Source: Antedon mediterranea
Taxonomy: Eukaryota > Animalia > Echinodermata
Reading direction: 5' to 3'
Assembly (NCBI RefSeq): GCF_964355755.1
Contig: NC_092672.1
Coordinates: 6,510,001-6,574,000 of the forward strand
DNA length: 64,000 nt
In this document: positions 27,365 to 40,654 of the stretch, one piece after another
How the letters are laid out: every line of letters starts with the position of its first letter
How positions within the stretch are numbered: the first letter of the stretch is position 1
Notes under the pieces: model-generated
What the model was told of the DNA's origin: nothing
Database searches by the model: none
Seen by the model: only the letters and a program-made list of their open reading frames with translations
Program-made: the position numbers and the translations under genes

Positions 27365-28191
27365 ATGTTGCTGATTGTAGTACTTCATGTCGCCATAAGT
27401 TTTTTTCTACATCAGTGTTATGCATTGGAAAATATAGAAAATGGTTCAAGTCCAATTGAAGTGTTAAAAAACCAGAAACTAGGTACAGGCATTCAACACC
27501 TAGCCCCAACAATTTGAGTAAAATTAAAGACCTCTAATTTTTGACGTTTTGTAAAATAATGCATAATATATAACTTTCACGCGATCGATCGTGGGTGTGT
27601 GCATCACATCACAATATGATAATATCAATCTGCGCGCGATGCTTGTTGGGATTTATAGCAGGCCAAAATTATTAAAATCAAATTATTTTTAACATTTTTA
27701 AACACTTTAAGACGAAAACAAATTATCGCAATAGGTCCATATAGTATTTATTGTTACATAAAATGTAGTGTGTTACCTTAAATTAGGTAAAAAAACGTAG
27801 GTCTAGTGTCTTTAAATTAGAAATGATCCATATGTGGATTTGTGTGCATTTAAGGTGCAAACATGTAATAGTGTATTCACAAACATTAATAGTAGTAACA
27901 GTCACTGTTACATATATTTGTACCTGTAATTTCTTGCTTTCTGAGTATAATTCCACTCATTAACTTTGGCCAAATTTCGTACCTACTATGCTCAGCTGTT
28001 TGAGCAGTTGAAGTGTTTTTAATACTAAAACACTCTTTTTTGATATTTCTTGTTCTTTTTGTCATTATTTAGGACTGACAGTAGGTGTGGTAGTTGCCTT
28101 GATTGGGTTGTTTACTGGCATGGCCCTGTATGTCTACTACCCACGTCGTCAACGTATCAGCAGTGAAATAACATTTCACCCACAGATCTGA
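27365..28191 (+). CDS. Candidate small type I single-pass membrane protein (78 aa; possible alternative last exon 28380-28453)
   Basis: Exons 27365-27482 and 28073-28191 join in phase 1: MLLIVVLHVAISFFLHQCYA-LENIENGSSPIEVLKNQKL-GLTVGVVVALIGLFTGMALYVYY-PRRQRISSEITFHPQI*. Good polypyrimidine acceptors at 27351 and 28072, upstream donor AG|GTAAAA at 26857, AATAAA near 28510. Confidence 0.6.
27524..27815. mobile_element. TTAA-flanked non-autonomous DNA transposon (Kolobok-like)
   Basis: TTAA|AGACCTCTA...ACGTTTT and AAAACGTAGGTCTAGTGTCT|TTAA, with a CpG-richer interior. Confidence 0.55.
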
Positions 28192-28352
28192 TGCTCTGTC
28201 TACACTATCAAACTCTGTAGCAAAAAAATGTAATGTGCCCATATATGGACATGATGTTGTCATATCACTACCATATTTGAGCATATCGCTACTGTATTTG
28301 GGCACATCACACTTTTTATTTGTCAAACTAATTTGATAGTGTAGACAGAGCT
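28192..28352. mobile_element. Family-A Harbinger-type MITE with TGA TSD
   Basis: TGA|TGCTCTGTCTACACTATCAAAC...TTTGATAGTGTAGACAGAGCT|TGA. Confidence 0.9.
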
Positions 28353-29208
28353 TGATAATGATTCATGTTTTATTATCAGGAAAAGATTCCATGAATCCGA
28401 ATCAACAATATCTAACTAATAAAAGATACAATGAAATGAAACCTGAAATTTAGACTTTGTCCTGTTATAATTATTTGTAAACTTGCATAGGCCTAGTATA
28501 TATTGTGTAAATAAAGATTTTTGATTAGGCAGGTTTTAGATTTGTTCACACACGTACACATAGTCTATATGTTCTAGACAGGGATTTGACTTAATATTAG
28601 TAAAAAGATAAATATTTTCAACTGTAGTTTCAGACAAAAATCGAAACGTCGTCTGGTGGACAACTAACAAAAAAAACAGTAACTACAGAACTTGTGGCAA
28701 GTCTACAATAACATATGTACTGTAAATTTATTTAGAATATAATAACAGGTTTTTATATACCGATGACAGTATTGATATGAACAATACTAAAAATGTTGTT
28801 TTCACCAGTAAGACTGGTGTCTGAATTTGAATCATATTAATAATCCAGATATAGAATAAAATACAATACATTTTACAACATCGTTTTCTATTTGTTTTTG
28901 TTGTGAAATTATGAATGGGTGGGTGTTGTCCTATTCTGATCTGTGATTGGTCAATGTCGAGGAGGCCGCGGGGAAAAAAACTACACACATACGACGACGT
29001 TTGACAACGTCATGCCGGGGGATCGAGAGCGTGCAGAATTGACTCGACTCGCATTATTTGCAAGAGAGAAGACCGAGAGAGTAGGCCTACAGAAACACAC
29101 AAAAGACGTTGATTTGGTTCTATTTTTATGGTTTTTTATCTATAGAATCCTTGTTTGCTCTGAAATATATAGATTGGATATATTAGAATATAAGATAGAC
29201 AACTTGAA

Positions 29209-32200
29209 ATGAATAATAGGTTGTCAGGCGAAGATGAAATTCGTAAGTATTTTTATGTTTTATAGGCCTACCTAGCCTAGCTAGCCACACAGGGTTATGC
29301 TACGTACGTAACTATAGTACCGTGTGGCCGCCGCCACCTTGAAATATGTAGGTCTACCGCCGGTTTTGCTTTTTTTATGATTCGAAATAGTATTATTGTA
29401 TAAAAGATTGTCATTGATAACCTTTGGAATATCCATAGTACAATTTACATTATTCAAGAAACATTTATTGCAATACTGGTCACTGGTGGTACTAAAATGT
29501 TACTCAACTGTCCGTAGCCTTTAAATTAGGCCCTACCTGCTAGAGAAAAAGACAAAAACAAACAGCATTGATGATTATGATGACGTATTGTTTGTCAATA
29601 TTATTAGTTGACGATCATCACAAAATTGATAGGCAAAAATTAGAGAAGAGTGCTAGCCTAGTGTTAGTAGTTTGTTAATTGGTGTGAGGATATGAACTTA
29701 ATACTTAATATTACTAAAACCAAAAAGATGATAATAGATTTTCGTAAAACCGCAGTTGAACATAATGTAATAACTATTAAAGAAACCGAGGTTGAAAGAG
29801 TAACCCAATACAAATACTTAGGTACTATAATTGACAATAAATTAAAATGGGAGTCAAACTCTCTCATGATTTCCAAGAAGGCATCTCAAAGGCTCTACTT
29901 TCTCAGAAAACTCAAGCAAATTAGAGTTGATAACACTATTTTAATTCTATTTTATCAAAGTATTCAAAGTATTTTATCTTTTAGCATTGGATGTTTTTAT
30001 GGTAACTTTACTGAAAATGATAAGAAAAATATTGAGAGACCACGTAAAATTGCACAACGTATTATTAAAGCTGATCTAACGCCTTGTTCATTTATCTATG
30101 AAAAGAGTATTTAAAAAAAAATTAAACAATATTATGAAAGACCCCACTCATCCGTTACATTACTGTTATAACTTAAATAGATCAGGCATTAGGCTACGAC
30201 CTCCAAGAGCAAATCTTTGTAGAACTAGAAAATCCTTCGTTGTAAATAGCATTCATATTTTTAATTCTAATGTAAGACGTTAATGCAATTTTTAATAGTT
30301 TTACATTTTTAACAGTATTTTTAACTTTTTATCTTGTATTTTTAATCTGTTATAATAATACTGCACCTTTTTAAATTGTTGCAATATTGTTGTTTTAATC
30401 TACCAAGCAAAGTGAATTTCCATTTTTATGGACAAATAAAATATCTTGAATCTTCTTGAATCTTGAATCTTTTTTATTTTTAAATTGTTTGGTGTTTTAT
30501 TATTTAATTTAAAGTTTATTATGATGCCAATAAATTACTATTTTGTATTTACTAATAGTTTACTACTATATTATTGCGTATTCATTGTGTTTCATGAAAT
30601 TGTAATTAAAGATAATAATCATTTCGGTAATTTAATAATTAATAATTTATATGTTTTGATGAATAAGACAGGCTTTCAACAAATAAAACACTCATTTGTT
30701 GAAAGCACACCTACTGTCTGTTACTTGCTAAGGTAATAAATATAAACCATTTATTTAATTAAATTATAAATCTACTGCTTTTTTTTTATCTAGTCTATGT
30801 CATTAAAAGAGTGGTGTTTTTTATATGGAAAATATATTTTATAATTTGTTTTCAATCGTACAATGTAAGGCCGATCTTTTAAAAACATTTTCATTACAGT
30901 AAATTGTTTTTCTGATATTTAATTAATATCATGGTGTCCTGAAATCCCATGAAAACGCTGTTATTTTTATGCTCGGCTGGTCACAACTGTTTGTCATCTC
31001 AGCAAGATGGCTTCCGTAGCACGAAAATCGTGTAATCTATAACGTGAACCTTCAATATTGCAGAAACCATTAATAGAATTTCACTTCACTAATGATTGAC
31101 CAATAGAAATAAACTAATAATGAACAACATGTGATACAGTACAATAGTAACCAATCAGTAATAATGATGGTGTGTTTTGTGTTTGTACATAAATTGTCGA
31201 TTCAGATAAGCTAAGTACATACTGTAGTATGTGGTGTTAAATGTTTATAGGTTATGTTGGTGCTAGTGTGGAGTAATGTACTGTACAGTACCTGTCAACA
31301 TACATAGTGTCTAGAGTTAGATCATGGAGAATTTCTCTATGGTTAGATGAATAAATGTTACAACAAAATTCACTGAATATTACTACTCATACAATAGAAG
31401 GATTATTGCAATATAAATCTTGATGTGACCTTGTTTTTTCTTGATATGACCTTGTCGTTATTATTTATCAGGAAATATTTGCACTTGATCCGTAGTGTTG
31501 ACTAAAGATAAATATAATTTAATATTTTTATTTCAAAATGAAAAGACTAGTCTCTTTTACAATAATTGATAATATACATTTATAAGATAATTTTTATATA
31601 AAAATTAGACTACTGTGAATTGAAATCTATACTACCGTTTTCCACATTACTGTACCTGTACAGTATTTACAAGTCTGTAGCCAAGATTTTTAAAAAGGGG
31701 TTCTTTTCCCCCCCAAAACAAATAAAATAAATTTAGGCCTATTTATTACTATTAGTATTAGTAGATGAAATTAATTTATCTGGCTAGGTATAGGATTGGA
31801 CAACAAAATTGTCATGAGTTAGGCCTATTTACTAGCACTTTCGCTGCTTGAAAATATGGTTGTTTCAAACCCAACGAACCCCGGCTACTTGCTTGATTTA
31901 TTTTAGAAAAATTTAGGAATCTTCAAAGATACTTTTTTTAACAGATTACAGACTTATTGGTATTGTTGTCTACATGTACCTGCAGTTTATAAAAAACTAC
32001 TAATGAACTATTGATTGAAGCGGAACAGGTCAATTTGTGACCTCAATAAAACTATTTATCCCTGGAACTTTTTGAAAATTGAGCATGGTGAACGTGCACA
32101 GTATAATGATATGACTAGTGTAGAACTGTAAATAGGATCAGCTTTAACGGAAACAGAATGACTTCCATAACTGAATGCAAATGTAACAAAGATTTCCTAT

Positions 32201-35200
32201 TGTTCAACAGAATGACTTTTGTAATTTAAGGCAAATGTAAAACCATTTTCTATCTTTGAACAAAATGAATTTTGTAATTTTTATAGCAAATGTAAAATGA
32301 TTAACTAATTGTTATTTTCTATGCTAGATACTGTAAAGTAATTATTGGTAATGTATTTAAAATATAAAAAAGATTTCGTATGAATCCTACATGTATGGTA
32401 AATAAAGTGAAAACGTGTATTAAAAATATACACTATTAATTGTTTGATTTTCAGCCCAAGCGCCTGTTATATGCGAACTAAGAAACAACAGACCAACTGC
32501 ACAGGTTTTACGACCTTTAGATACTAACCACTACGAGACATGGCATGTCGCATTCTCACACAATTGTAAATATTTTGCCTGGTCATGTGGTAACAGAGTA
32601 GTGAGACTTGTACAGTGGAACAAACAAAAGACCAAAGTGTAAGCTTCTTTTACATTGTTTTTTATTTCTATTGACTGAATAATTTTGGCACTAATTAAAG
32701 GGATCATGTCAACAGTAATCCACTGCAGTTACTGCAGTAACTATATCTTACTGCAATAATGTGTGGTTATAGTCGTTTTCAATGTAGAAGTAAATGAAGA
32801 TAGTCATTATAATAAACAGTGTATGTACAGTATGTATGTAAACAAAATATACTTGCTTAAAATAATTGCATAAATAGGTTCAAACAAACACAGGTGTTGT
32901 AGAATAAATTTTACATGGTCCCTATATGAAATTGAGTATTATTTTATTATAATATAAACTTAATCTACTGATGTAACCATTTTTTAGAACATTGACTCTA
33001 CAAAAGGGAACGACAATAATTGTTGTTAATATAATATACTGTAAGTAAGGAAAAAATTAAAAAGCAATCTTGATAATTTATAACAATAAATTATCTACTA
33101 ATTAGGTGATTTTATTATTATATGTGACATAGATAAACTTTAATCAAAAATTGTCTTCCTTATCAAGATGTTAATATTAAGAAGAGAGTATAGTTATAAC
33201 ATGGACCTATAAACTAATTTATAGGTCTCTGGTTATAAGAAATATATTTAAAATTCATTAAAAATAATTATCTGTATATACAGTATTACATTAATAAAAA
33301 TGTATTTCAATTTATTTTAGAGGTTGGAATAATGACGGTTCTAGGATCGTTGCAGACCAAAATGGATCTCCAAAGCCATGGAAACAAATTGATTGCCCAG
33401 ACTTTGTGCACTCAATAGCGTTTGGTTCATCAGTGCCGCGGAAGAAGTGGAGGAATGTCAAAGTGTACCATAAATACAATTATGAAAGTGAAAATGAGCT
33501 TATCCTGGCGATAGGTTTACAGAATGGAAAAATACTTACTTATGACGTAACAAGAGGTACTAAAGTGTGTTATATAAGAAAAAAGATTATGTTTAAACTC
33601 AAGACTGATATAATTTAGAAATTATTTATGATGAAAAAAATTTCCTGTCTAATCAAACATACAATAAAATTAGATAAATGTGTTCTTTTTATTAAGAATT
33701 CAAATCTTTTTTCAAATTTATCACATTTGTCTATCCCTATTCCTTGTTAAATTGTTGGGTGTCCAAGGTGTCTCCTTAATAGAGGTAGATAGTAGTACTG
33801 TATAAAACTTGTTCATTGATCAAATACTGAAGAACCATTACACTTACAGAGGTCACCTTCAGAACACAAAGCACTTATTTGTATATGATAAACTCATTCT
33901 GACAAAAATTGTGATGTGGCCATATATGATGTCACACTTGTTTGATAGTGAAGACTAGACAGGGATTAATGTTATGTGAGATGATAACAACCCTTACTGT
34001 ATACTTTCTTATCTTCGTTTAATTTCCTGTGTATTTATATATTTTATTGTCTTTGTGAAGCATATAAATTGCATTATTTTATCTGATCAATATAGTAAAA
34101 TTAAAATGTTAATTTCTTTCAGAACAAAAACTAGTGTTGGCTGATCACCATGAAACCATAACAGACCTTCGGTTCGCGCCCGATGGCAGCTTGATCCTTC
34201 TCTCGGCGTGCAAAGACCGAACGTTAAAAGTATGGGACATGAAAGATGATGGTAACATGATCGTCACGCTGAAAGGCCACACACGACCGGTTCGTGGATG
34301 TGGCTTTTCACATGATGCATCACTGCTTGCATCAGTTGGTGATGGCTGTGCGGTAGGTTTATAGGTTTTTAATTAATTAAATTTACCAGTATTTTAATGT
34401 AGTGTGAACCACTCAGCTCAGCCCACATAATTAACTTTGAATGGTGTTATGACAACTTTCAATAAAAAATAATTACATTATTAATTTTTTAATAAATACT
34501 AGTACAGTATACTGTATAATATCTTAAGCCATTTCTGTACAATATTTCTTGTAATTAAATCCCTTAATTTGAATTATCTGCAGCATATTTACATTTAATG
34601 TACTTTGTACAAATTTTGATGGTAGGATTTTTTACTGCCAACTAACAGTAACACACTCGTATTTTTAATGGTATTTAGAAATTTAAATTCTCTTAATTTA
34701 ATGTAATATGGATTATGTTGCCTAGTAACAAACCATTGTTGATAAATTGTATTTTGTTTAGCTATAACCTTGACAATATGGTACTAACATAATGATCTTG
34801 TTATGTAATGAGGATTCCAAAATTATTACAGCATAATAAACATACATTAAATGAATCTTAAAATTAGTGTTATTAGTACTGTATAATCATGGTATAATTA
34901 TTTTAATCATTGCTATTAGTAGTATTATAGCCTTTTAAAATTATTATACTCTTTTAAAATTATTATACTAATAGTACTATTTAGTAGCCACATTCAGTTT
35001 CATTTCATTTCATTATTTATTTGGTCTATTTGAGTATATACAAAACAAAAAAAACTGAAATTGGGGGGACCAGGGTCAACCTAAGTGAACTTAATCACTG
35101 TAGCTGAGCCGGTTGACCCAACCCCAAAGTCAGTTTACACATAAAAGATGTAAAGACAAAATACAGTTACAGCGAATCAGTTGTACAATTACAATAATTT

Positions 35201-38200
35201 AGGATCCATTAAATATTATTCTACTGCAGGTACTACTGTATATTATACATTTAACACAATTGTATTGTAAAAAGTACCTTTTACTCCATGTTTTGTATTC
35301 AAACACGGTTTTTACAGTGAATGCCTCATAAACTTTAATGAAAGAAACTAAAATTATATGTAACTGTAGTTGAATAGTTAATATTAATCTTAAGAAATGC
35401 AGTATAGTAAGGGATCATTTTTAAATTATAATACTGAAGTTACTACAGAAATGCAGAATCTTTATTCATCAAATATGGAAATTTGTTTTGTTTACAAGCT
35501 CAGACAAACAAGCAAAAATATACATATTACAAAAAGTGTAATATATAACATTTTAAAAATGAAGAAAATCAGAAAAAAGAATAAAAATATAGTTTGTTCT
35601 AATGTAGAAGTTTATAAGGCAGTCATGGAAATAACCTCCCCTCCCCCCACTCCACCCAAAAGAAATACATGTTAAACAGTAAAAAAAATATATATAATTA
35701 TTGTAGAATAATTTGTCCATTCAGCCCCTGTCTGTGGACAGATGAACAGGCATTGTTTGGTGGCAGCACTGAACATGAAGGGACCCTTAGTTGTGTTGGT
35801 CGTCGCAGGTTATTTACATTTTTACATTTACAACTAAAATGTTGTTTTTTTCAGGTACTATTATGGGATATGAAGACATACAAGAGGATAAGGAAGTTAA
35901 CTGGTCATTACAACGATGTTGTAGCCTGTGAGTTTTCGTCTGATGGTGCTTTGCTGGTCACCGCTTCTCGTGATACCAAGGCGATTATTTGGGATCCGCA
36001 TCTGGGCATCGTACTGAAAGAGTTCTTGTGAGTTTTAAGACTTTATTTTTTTAAATATACTGTAAGCAGGCTTGACTGTAAGCATTAGGTTTATGGCAAC
36101 TAGAATTTGAGATAGTTGGCTTTAGATTTGTTAAATACTATTGTCTATATGTAAACCTTATATGAATTATCTTAACTATTTTTAGTCGCGTGGACGCGAC
36201 TCTATAGTTCACTATGTCTGTCGGTCTGTCTGTCGGTCTGTCTGTCGGTCCGGTATCACTATGTGTTTTATCGCTTTCTGACCTTATCTTGATATCAGTT
36301 TAATCTAGCTAAGTCAATTTTTCACAGTATATTCCTTATGGCCAGGAATCGATGTGGTTATGTTTTCACGGCGCGCAATAAAAAATTTAACGAAATCACG
36401 TTTGTAATCATATCTTCACAACCATGAATCACAATTAAATAAAATTTGGTACTCATAAATTTCAGGGCATAAATCATCATATGGCAATACAATTACGTGC
36501 GTAGCGCAAGTAACGCATGCGTACGGGCGCTTAAAATTTTCAAAATTTATTTTCGATGAAATAAGAGTACGTTTCAGGCAATTTTAAGCGTTTACAAAAT
36601 TGCCATGAGTGCGCAGATTTTTGCGCGCGCACTGTGCGTTAAATGTTATTGCGCACTCTTTTTGCCCGATTTCTGTTTTCTTTACTTACTTTTCAACTCG
36701 AAATTACGTTATACGAGCACGTCAAAAGTGACAGGCTACGCACGTAAATTTAAAAAATATAAATGTTTTTAAACATTTCAACATTTTTAAACATGTTCAG
36801 TAATTTTGGTCAGTTGGTCGGTCGGTCGGTCTGTCGGTCCGGTATCACTATGCATTGTAGCACGCGACTTAATGGCTTTTGGCCTTGTTTACAATAATGT
36901 TTGTTTTATTTCAGCCATATGTCCCCACCACCACCAAAAATTCTTGCTGGAGGCGCTAATCATACGTGGTTACGAGACGTAGCGTTCTCACCGTTTGGTA
37001 CGCACATTATGACTGTTGCAGATGACAAGTATGTAGCTCTCATCATTGTTATCACGATCATTGTTGTCACTGTCATTGTTGTCGTGATCATTGTTATCAT
37101 GATCATTGTTATCATGATCATTGTTATCATGATCATTGTTGTCGTGATCATTGTTGTCGTGATCATTGTTGTCGTGATCATTGTTATCATGATCATTGTT
37201 ATCATGATCATTGTTATCATGATCATTGTTATCATGATCATTGTTGTCGTGATCATTGTTGTCGTGATCATTGTTGTCGTGATCATTGTTATCATGATCA
37301 TTGTTATCATGATCATTGTTATCATGATCATTGTTATCGTGATCATTGTTGTCGTGATCATTGTTGTCGTGATCATTGTTGTCGTGATCATTGTTATCAT
37401 GATCATTGTTATCATGATCATTGTTATCATGATCATTGTTATCATGATCATTGTTGTCGTGATCATTGTTGTCGTGATCATTGTTGTCGTGATCATTGTT
37501 GTCATGATCATTGTTGTCATGATCATTGTTATCATGATCATTGTTATCATGATCATTGTTATCATGATCATTGTTATCATGATCATTGTTGTCGTGATCA
37601 TTGTTGTCGTGATAATTGTTGTCGCTATCATTATAAATATATGAAGGGCATTATAAAAATATAAAGATAGAAAAAGCTATAAACAAAACAATAAAGAAAA
37701 TCAGCCAGAACAAGAAAGAGCTTTCACGCAACACTTCTTCAGTGCAAATGAGAGTACAAATTACATATATATATATTTTTTTTTTTCTAGTCAATGTCGT
37801 TTTTGGAATGTTTTTGACAACAGTAGCCCTAAGTTTGTTACTGTTTTACCAGATAGTATCAGTTGCTGTTTCTCTCCTGATGGTCGAGTTGCAGCTGTTG
37901 GGTAAGTCAAGTTTTTTTACAATGTCACTTGCCCTTAAAAACACTTTAAAATGACATTCTAAAAGACACTTAGATTGACATAATGTTTAAATATTTTAAA
38001 GTTAATTCACACAAGCAATGAAAATCAACTTCCAAAAACACTAAAAAATGACATTTTTTAAAACACTAAAAAATGACATTTTTAATTGGTAATTGTTTTG
38101 AACATACATGATAATGATGATGGCAATATACTGTGGAACTGTACTGTAGCTTATATTTATAAACATTATTTTTTTTTAGTTCAAAAAACGGATCCGTCCA

Positions 38201-38357
38201 CTTCATATCATACCCAGTATCGGTACAGAAACTTGCTCAACTGTGTCGGCACGTTATCCGACGAATCGTCCAGAACACAAACAACATTGATCGATTAAGT
38301 GTGCCCCTTCCACTGAAAAGATACTTAATGTACAGAGACTTTGAAACGTTTGGTTGA
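29209..38357 (+). CDS. WSB1: WD repeat and SOCS box-containing protein (WSB1/WSB2 co-ortholog; Cul5-Elongin BC substrate receptor)
   Basis: Exons 29209-29242, 32455-32638, 33321-33556, 34122-34351, 35855-36027, 36914-37029, 37791-37901, 38180-38357. Motifs ETWHVAFS..KYFAWS, LAIGLQNGKI, DLRFAPDGSLILLSACKDRTLKVWD, GHYNDVVACEFSSDGALLVTASRDT, and the SOCS box KLAQLCRHVIRR...VPLPLKRYLMY. Confidence 0.95.
29660..30471 (+). mobile_element. 5'-truncated non-LTR retrotransposon (CR1-group, Rex1/Babar-like RT C-terminus), disrupted
   Basis: FVNWCEDMNLILNITKTKKMIIDFRK...YKYLGTIIDNKLKW...KKASQRLYFLRKLK; break near 30110; DPTHPLH...R.R.SF; AATAAA and a (GAATCTT)n tail. Lies in WSB intron 1. Confidence 0.9.
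36181..36890 (+). mobile_element. Non-autonomous Helentron-associated element (HINE/DINE-1/pearl-like)
   Basis: T-run insertion, 5' hairpin AGTCGCGT-GG-ACGCGACT, (GTCT/GTCG)n microsatellite, repeated GTCGGTCCGGTATCACTATG core, 3' subTIR CACGCGACT and a short GGC..GCC hairpin before TTGTTT. Confidence 0.75.
37043..37630. repeat. 15-bp two-variant minisatellite in WSB intron 6
   Basis: Units ATCATGATCATTGTT and GTCGTGATCATTGTT, about 38 copies in alternating blocks. Confidence 0.97.
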
Positions 38358-39445
38358 AGGAAGAGTGATGCTATTCTGAAGTATAATGCAATAGTGCAAA
38401 TAATTCCATGGTATCTTCCAAAGTAAACAAATACTTATTATTTAATAAAATTCCCAATACAGTAGCTTGGGGACCCATACAAGTATTTTAGAGGTGTCCT
38501 CAGAATAGAGTTTGTGTGGTCATAGTGTGAAAATATGTATTTCCCCTCATTAATTTCATGGGAAAGTGTCCCCTAAATAGTGGTGTCCCAAAGGAGAGGT
38601 TCTACTGTATATGTGTAGGTTTAAGTTTTATTCAGTTTTACATGATACAGTATTACCAATTGTATATTTTTTTAGAAATATGAAAATAATTCTGTGGTAT
38701 AGCTTCTCGAAATGGAGGTCTTACCAAATTTATGTGTGGGAGTCAGTTTTATTCAGCTGTGCGATTTCAATATTGTGTGATTGTACAATTAATACAACAA
38801 AATTACTGCAGATATTTAGTACAGTAGTACAATATACTGTAGTCAATTTTTTTTAGGATTCTTCTTATCACATAATTATTAAATATACTTTATGGTCTAG
38901 CAAGTAACAATTTGCTCAATTACATGCACAAATTTTAATTTTCCCCTCCCAAATTTTGTTTTCATAGTTACTATGAAATCTTATGGATAATTCAAAATAG
39001 CTTGATTTGTTTGTGTCTGTATGTTGTTTGATCAGATCACAATGGTACTGTCAATTTTTGTGGTGAGTGTGGGTATCAAATTGGTTTGAGATATTTATAT
39101 TCACAGCTAATCAAAGATGTTAAAATATTTTAATGAAAAATTTAAATCGGTGTGTGGTTTGTATAATGTGTTGTTACAGTAATACTGTATTGCAAAAACA
39201 AACAAAGTTGTATATAGAAGTGTTCACACTACATGCGAGAGGGTGAGATACTGTGTTATGCATAGGGTATTATGGAATAGCATGTATACAGTATATAATT
39301 GATTGGGGCTGCAGATTTATTTCCATCTTCATTTTATCAAATGAATAATTGAATATATGTAACAATGTATGTTATGAATATAGGGTGCAAAATAGAAATC
39401 TATACATGATGGAATAGTGTACCATTGAGAAATAACACACTGTTA

Positions 39446-39716
39446 AGCCTGGTTTCCATTAAAATCGCTACAGCGTTTCCATTAAAATCGCTACACGCGC
39501 AGATGTCGCCGACGCAATCGGGAAGGCTCCCCAATTCATCGCAGTCAAATCGGCAAAGTTCAACCATGTTCAACTTTGCCGATTTTGTCGGCGATGAATC
39601 GTATACGCGTACCAAAGAATATTTAGCACTCGTCGCGTACTAGATCCCCGATAAATTCTAGCGTTTCCATAGAATCGCTACGCTCTGTCGTGTAGCGATT
39701 TTATGGAAACCAGGCT
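39446..39716. mobile_element. PIF/Harbinger-type MITE family B
   Basis: TIR AGCCTGGTTTCCAT(T)AAAATCGCTAC / GTAGCGATTTTATGGAAACCAGGCT, TTA/TAA flanks, GC-rich interior with repeated GTTTCCAT.AAATCGCTAC. Confidence 0.85.
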
Positions 39717-40654
39717 TAAAAGAGAACAAATTATTATAAACTACAATGCATATCCAATAGTTGGGGGAACAATTTGATCAATAATGTTCACAAGGAACCA
39801 AATGTTTATAAAACTCAGAACTAAGCACATTATTATCTTATCTAAGCTGACTGTGTGTGGATTAAAATTTTGTGTATAGCAACTTGATCTAAGATGATAG
39901 AAATGTTATATATTAACAATCATCATAATAGTGTAATAAGCGATTATTATGGTGCTAAGTTTAATTTCACTGTGCTATGTTTGACTGTGGCGCTCATTGA
40001 ACTGTGACAGTAACATTCAATCTGTCCATTATTTTACTGTAGTTTTAATTACAAAGTTCAAATTGAAATCACATTGCGATTTTAGAGTATTAATCAACTG
40101 CTCTAATTGTATTGATGATAATATTGTCCTCTTAATAGCTCTTAAGAATACATTTGTATCTAGATCTGATGAGTTGTGAATAATAGTACTGTGTCTGTTA
40201 ATAGTAACCACAGTATTTCATCACAGTTTTAATTAGGCTGTAGGTATAAAGAGGTCATGTGAGGTGGTCAAATGCCTCACCTACAGTAGCGTTACGACTA
40301 TGATTGCTCACTGGCACTGAGCAGTGCCCAGAGGAAAAACAGGAATTAAATACAGTATGTCGAAAACGCTAAAAACGCCCGAAGCATTCAGTGTTGGAGG
40401 GTTCCTAAACCACGGGCCTCAGGTCTCCGTGTTACGCCACAGCTCGCCTACGAATTTGCTGTGGGGGCTAAATTTAATGACTTCTTGCCTTCCCCCACCC
40501 ACTCTATACCATGGAGAAATACGTTACAACTTATTTCTCCATGCTTCCACCCACTTGCTAAATATTCTTAATTTTATGGTCATTTTAAAGATTTTTGAAG
40601 AAAATCTAAAAACTTTAGTATTCAATTTTATGCTTTAGCTTTTAATTACAGCAT

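Noticed and set aside
37043-37630. Periodic in-frame TGA in one frame as a poly-selenocysteine protein
   Set aside because: No start codon, exon context or recognisable SECIS; a by-product of the repeat.
36901-37644. 247-aa Ile/Val/Met ORF and 223-aa antisense Thr/Met/Ile ORF as standalone genes
   Set aside because: Both arise from a stop-free 15-bp minisatellite. Only 36914-37029 is a real WSB exon.
40340-40480. HDV-like ribozyme or RNase MRP-like RNA (GGGGGCTAAAT; ATTAAAT/ATTTAAT pairing)
   Set aside because: I could not build P1/P3/L3 of the HDV fold, and the MRP CR-I motif GAAAGUCCCC is absent.
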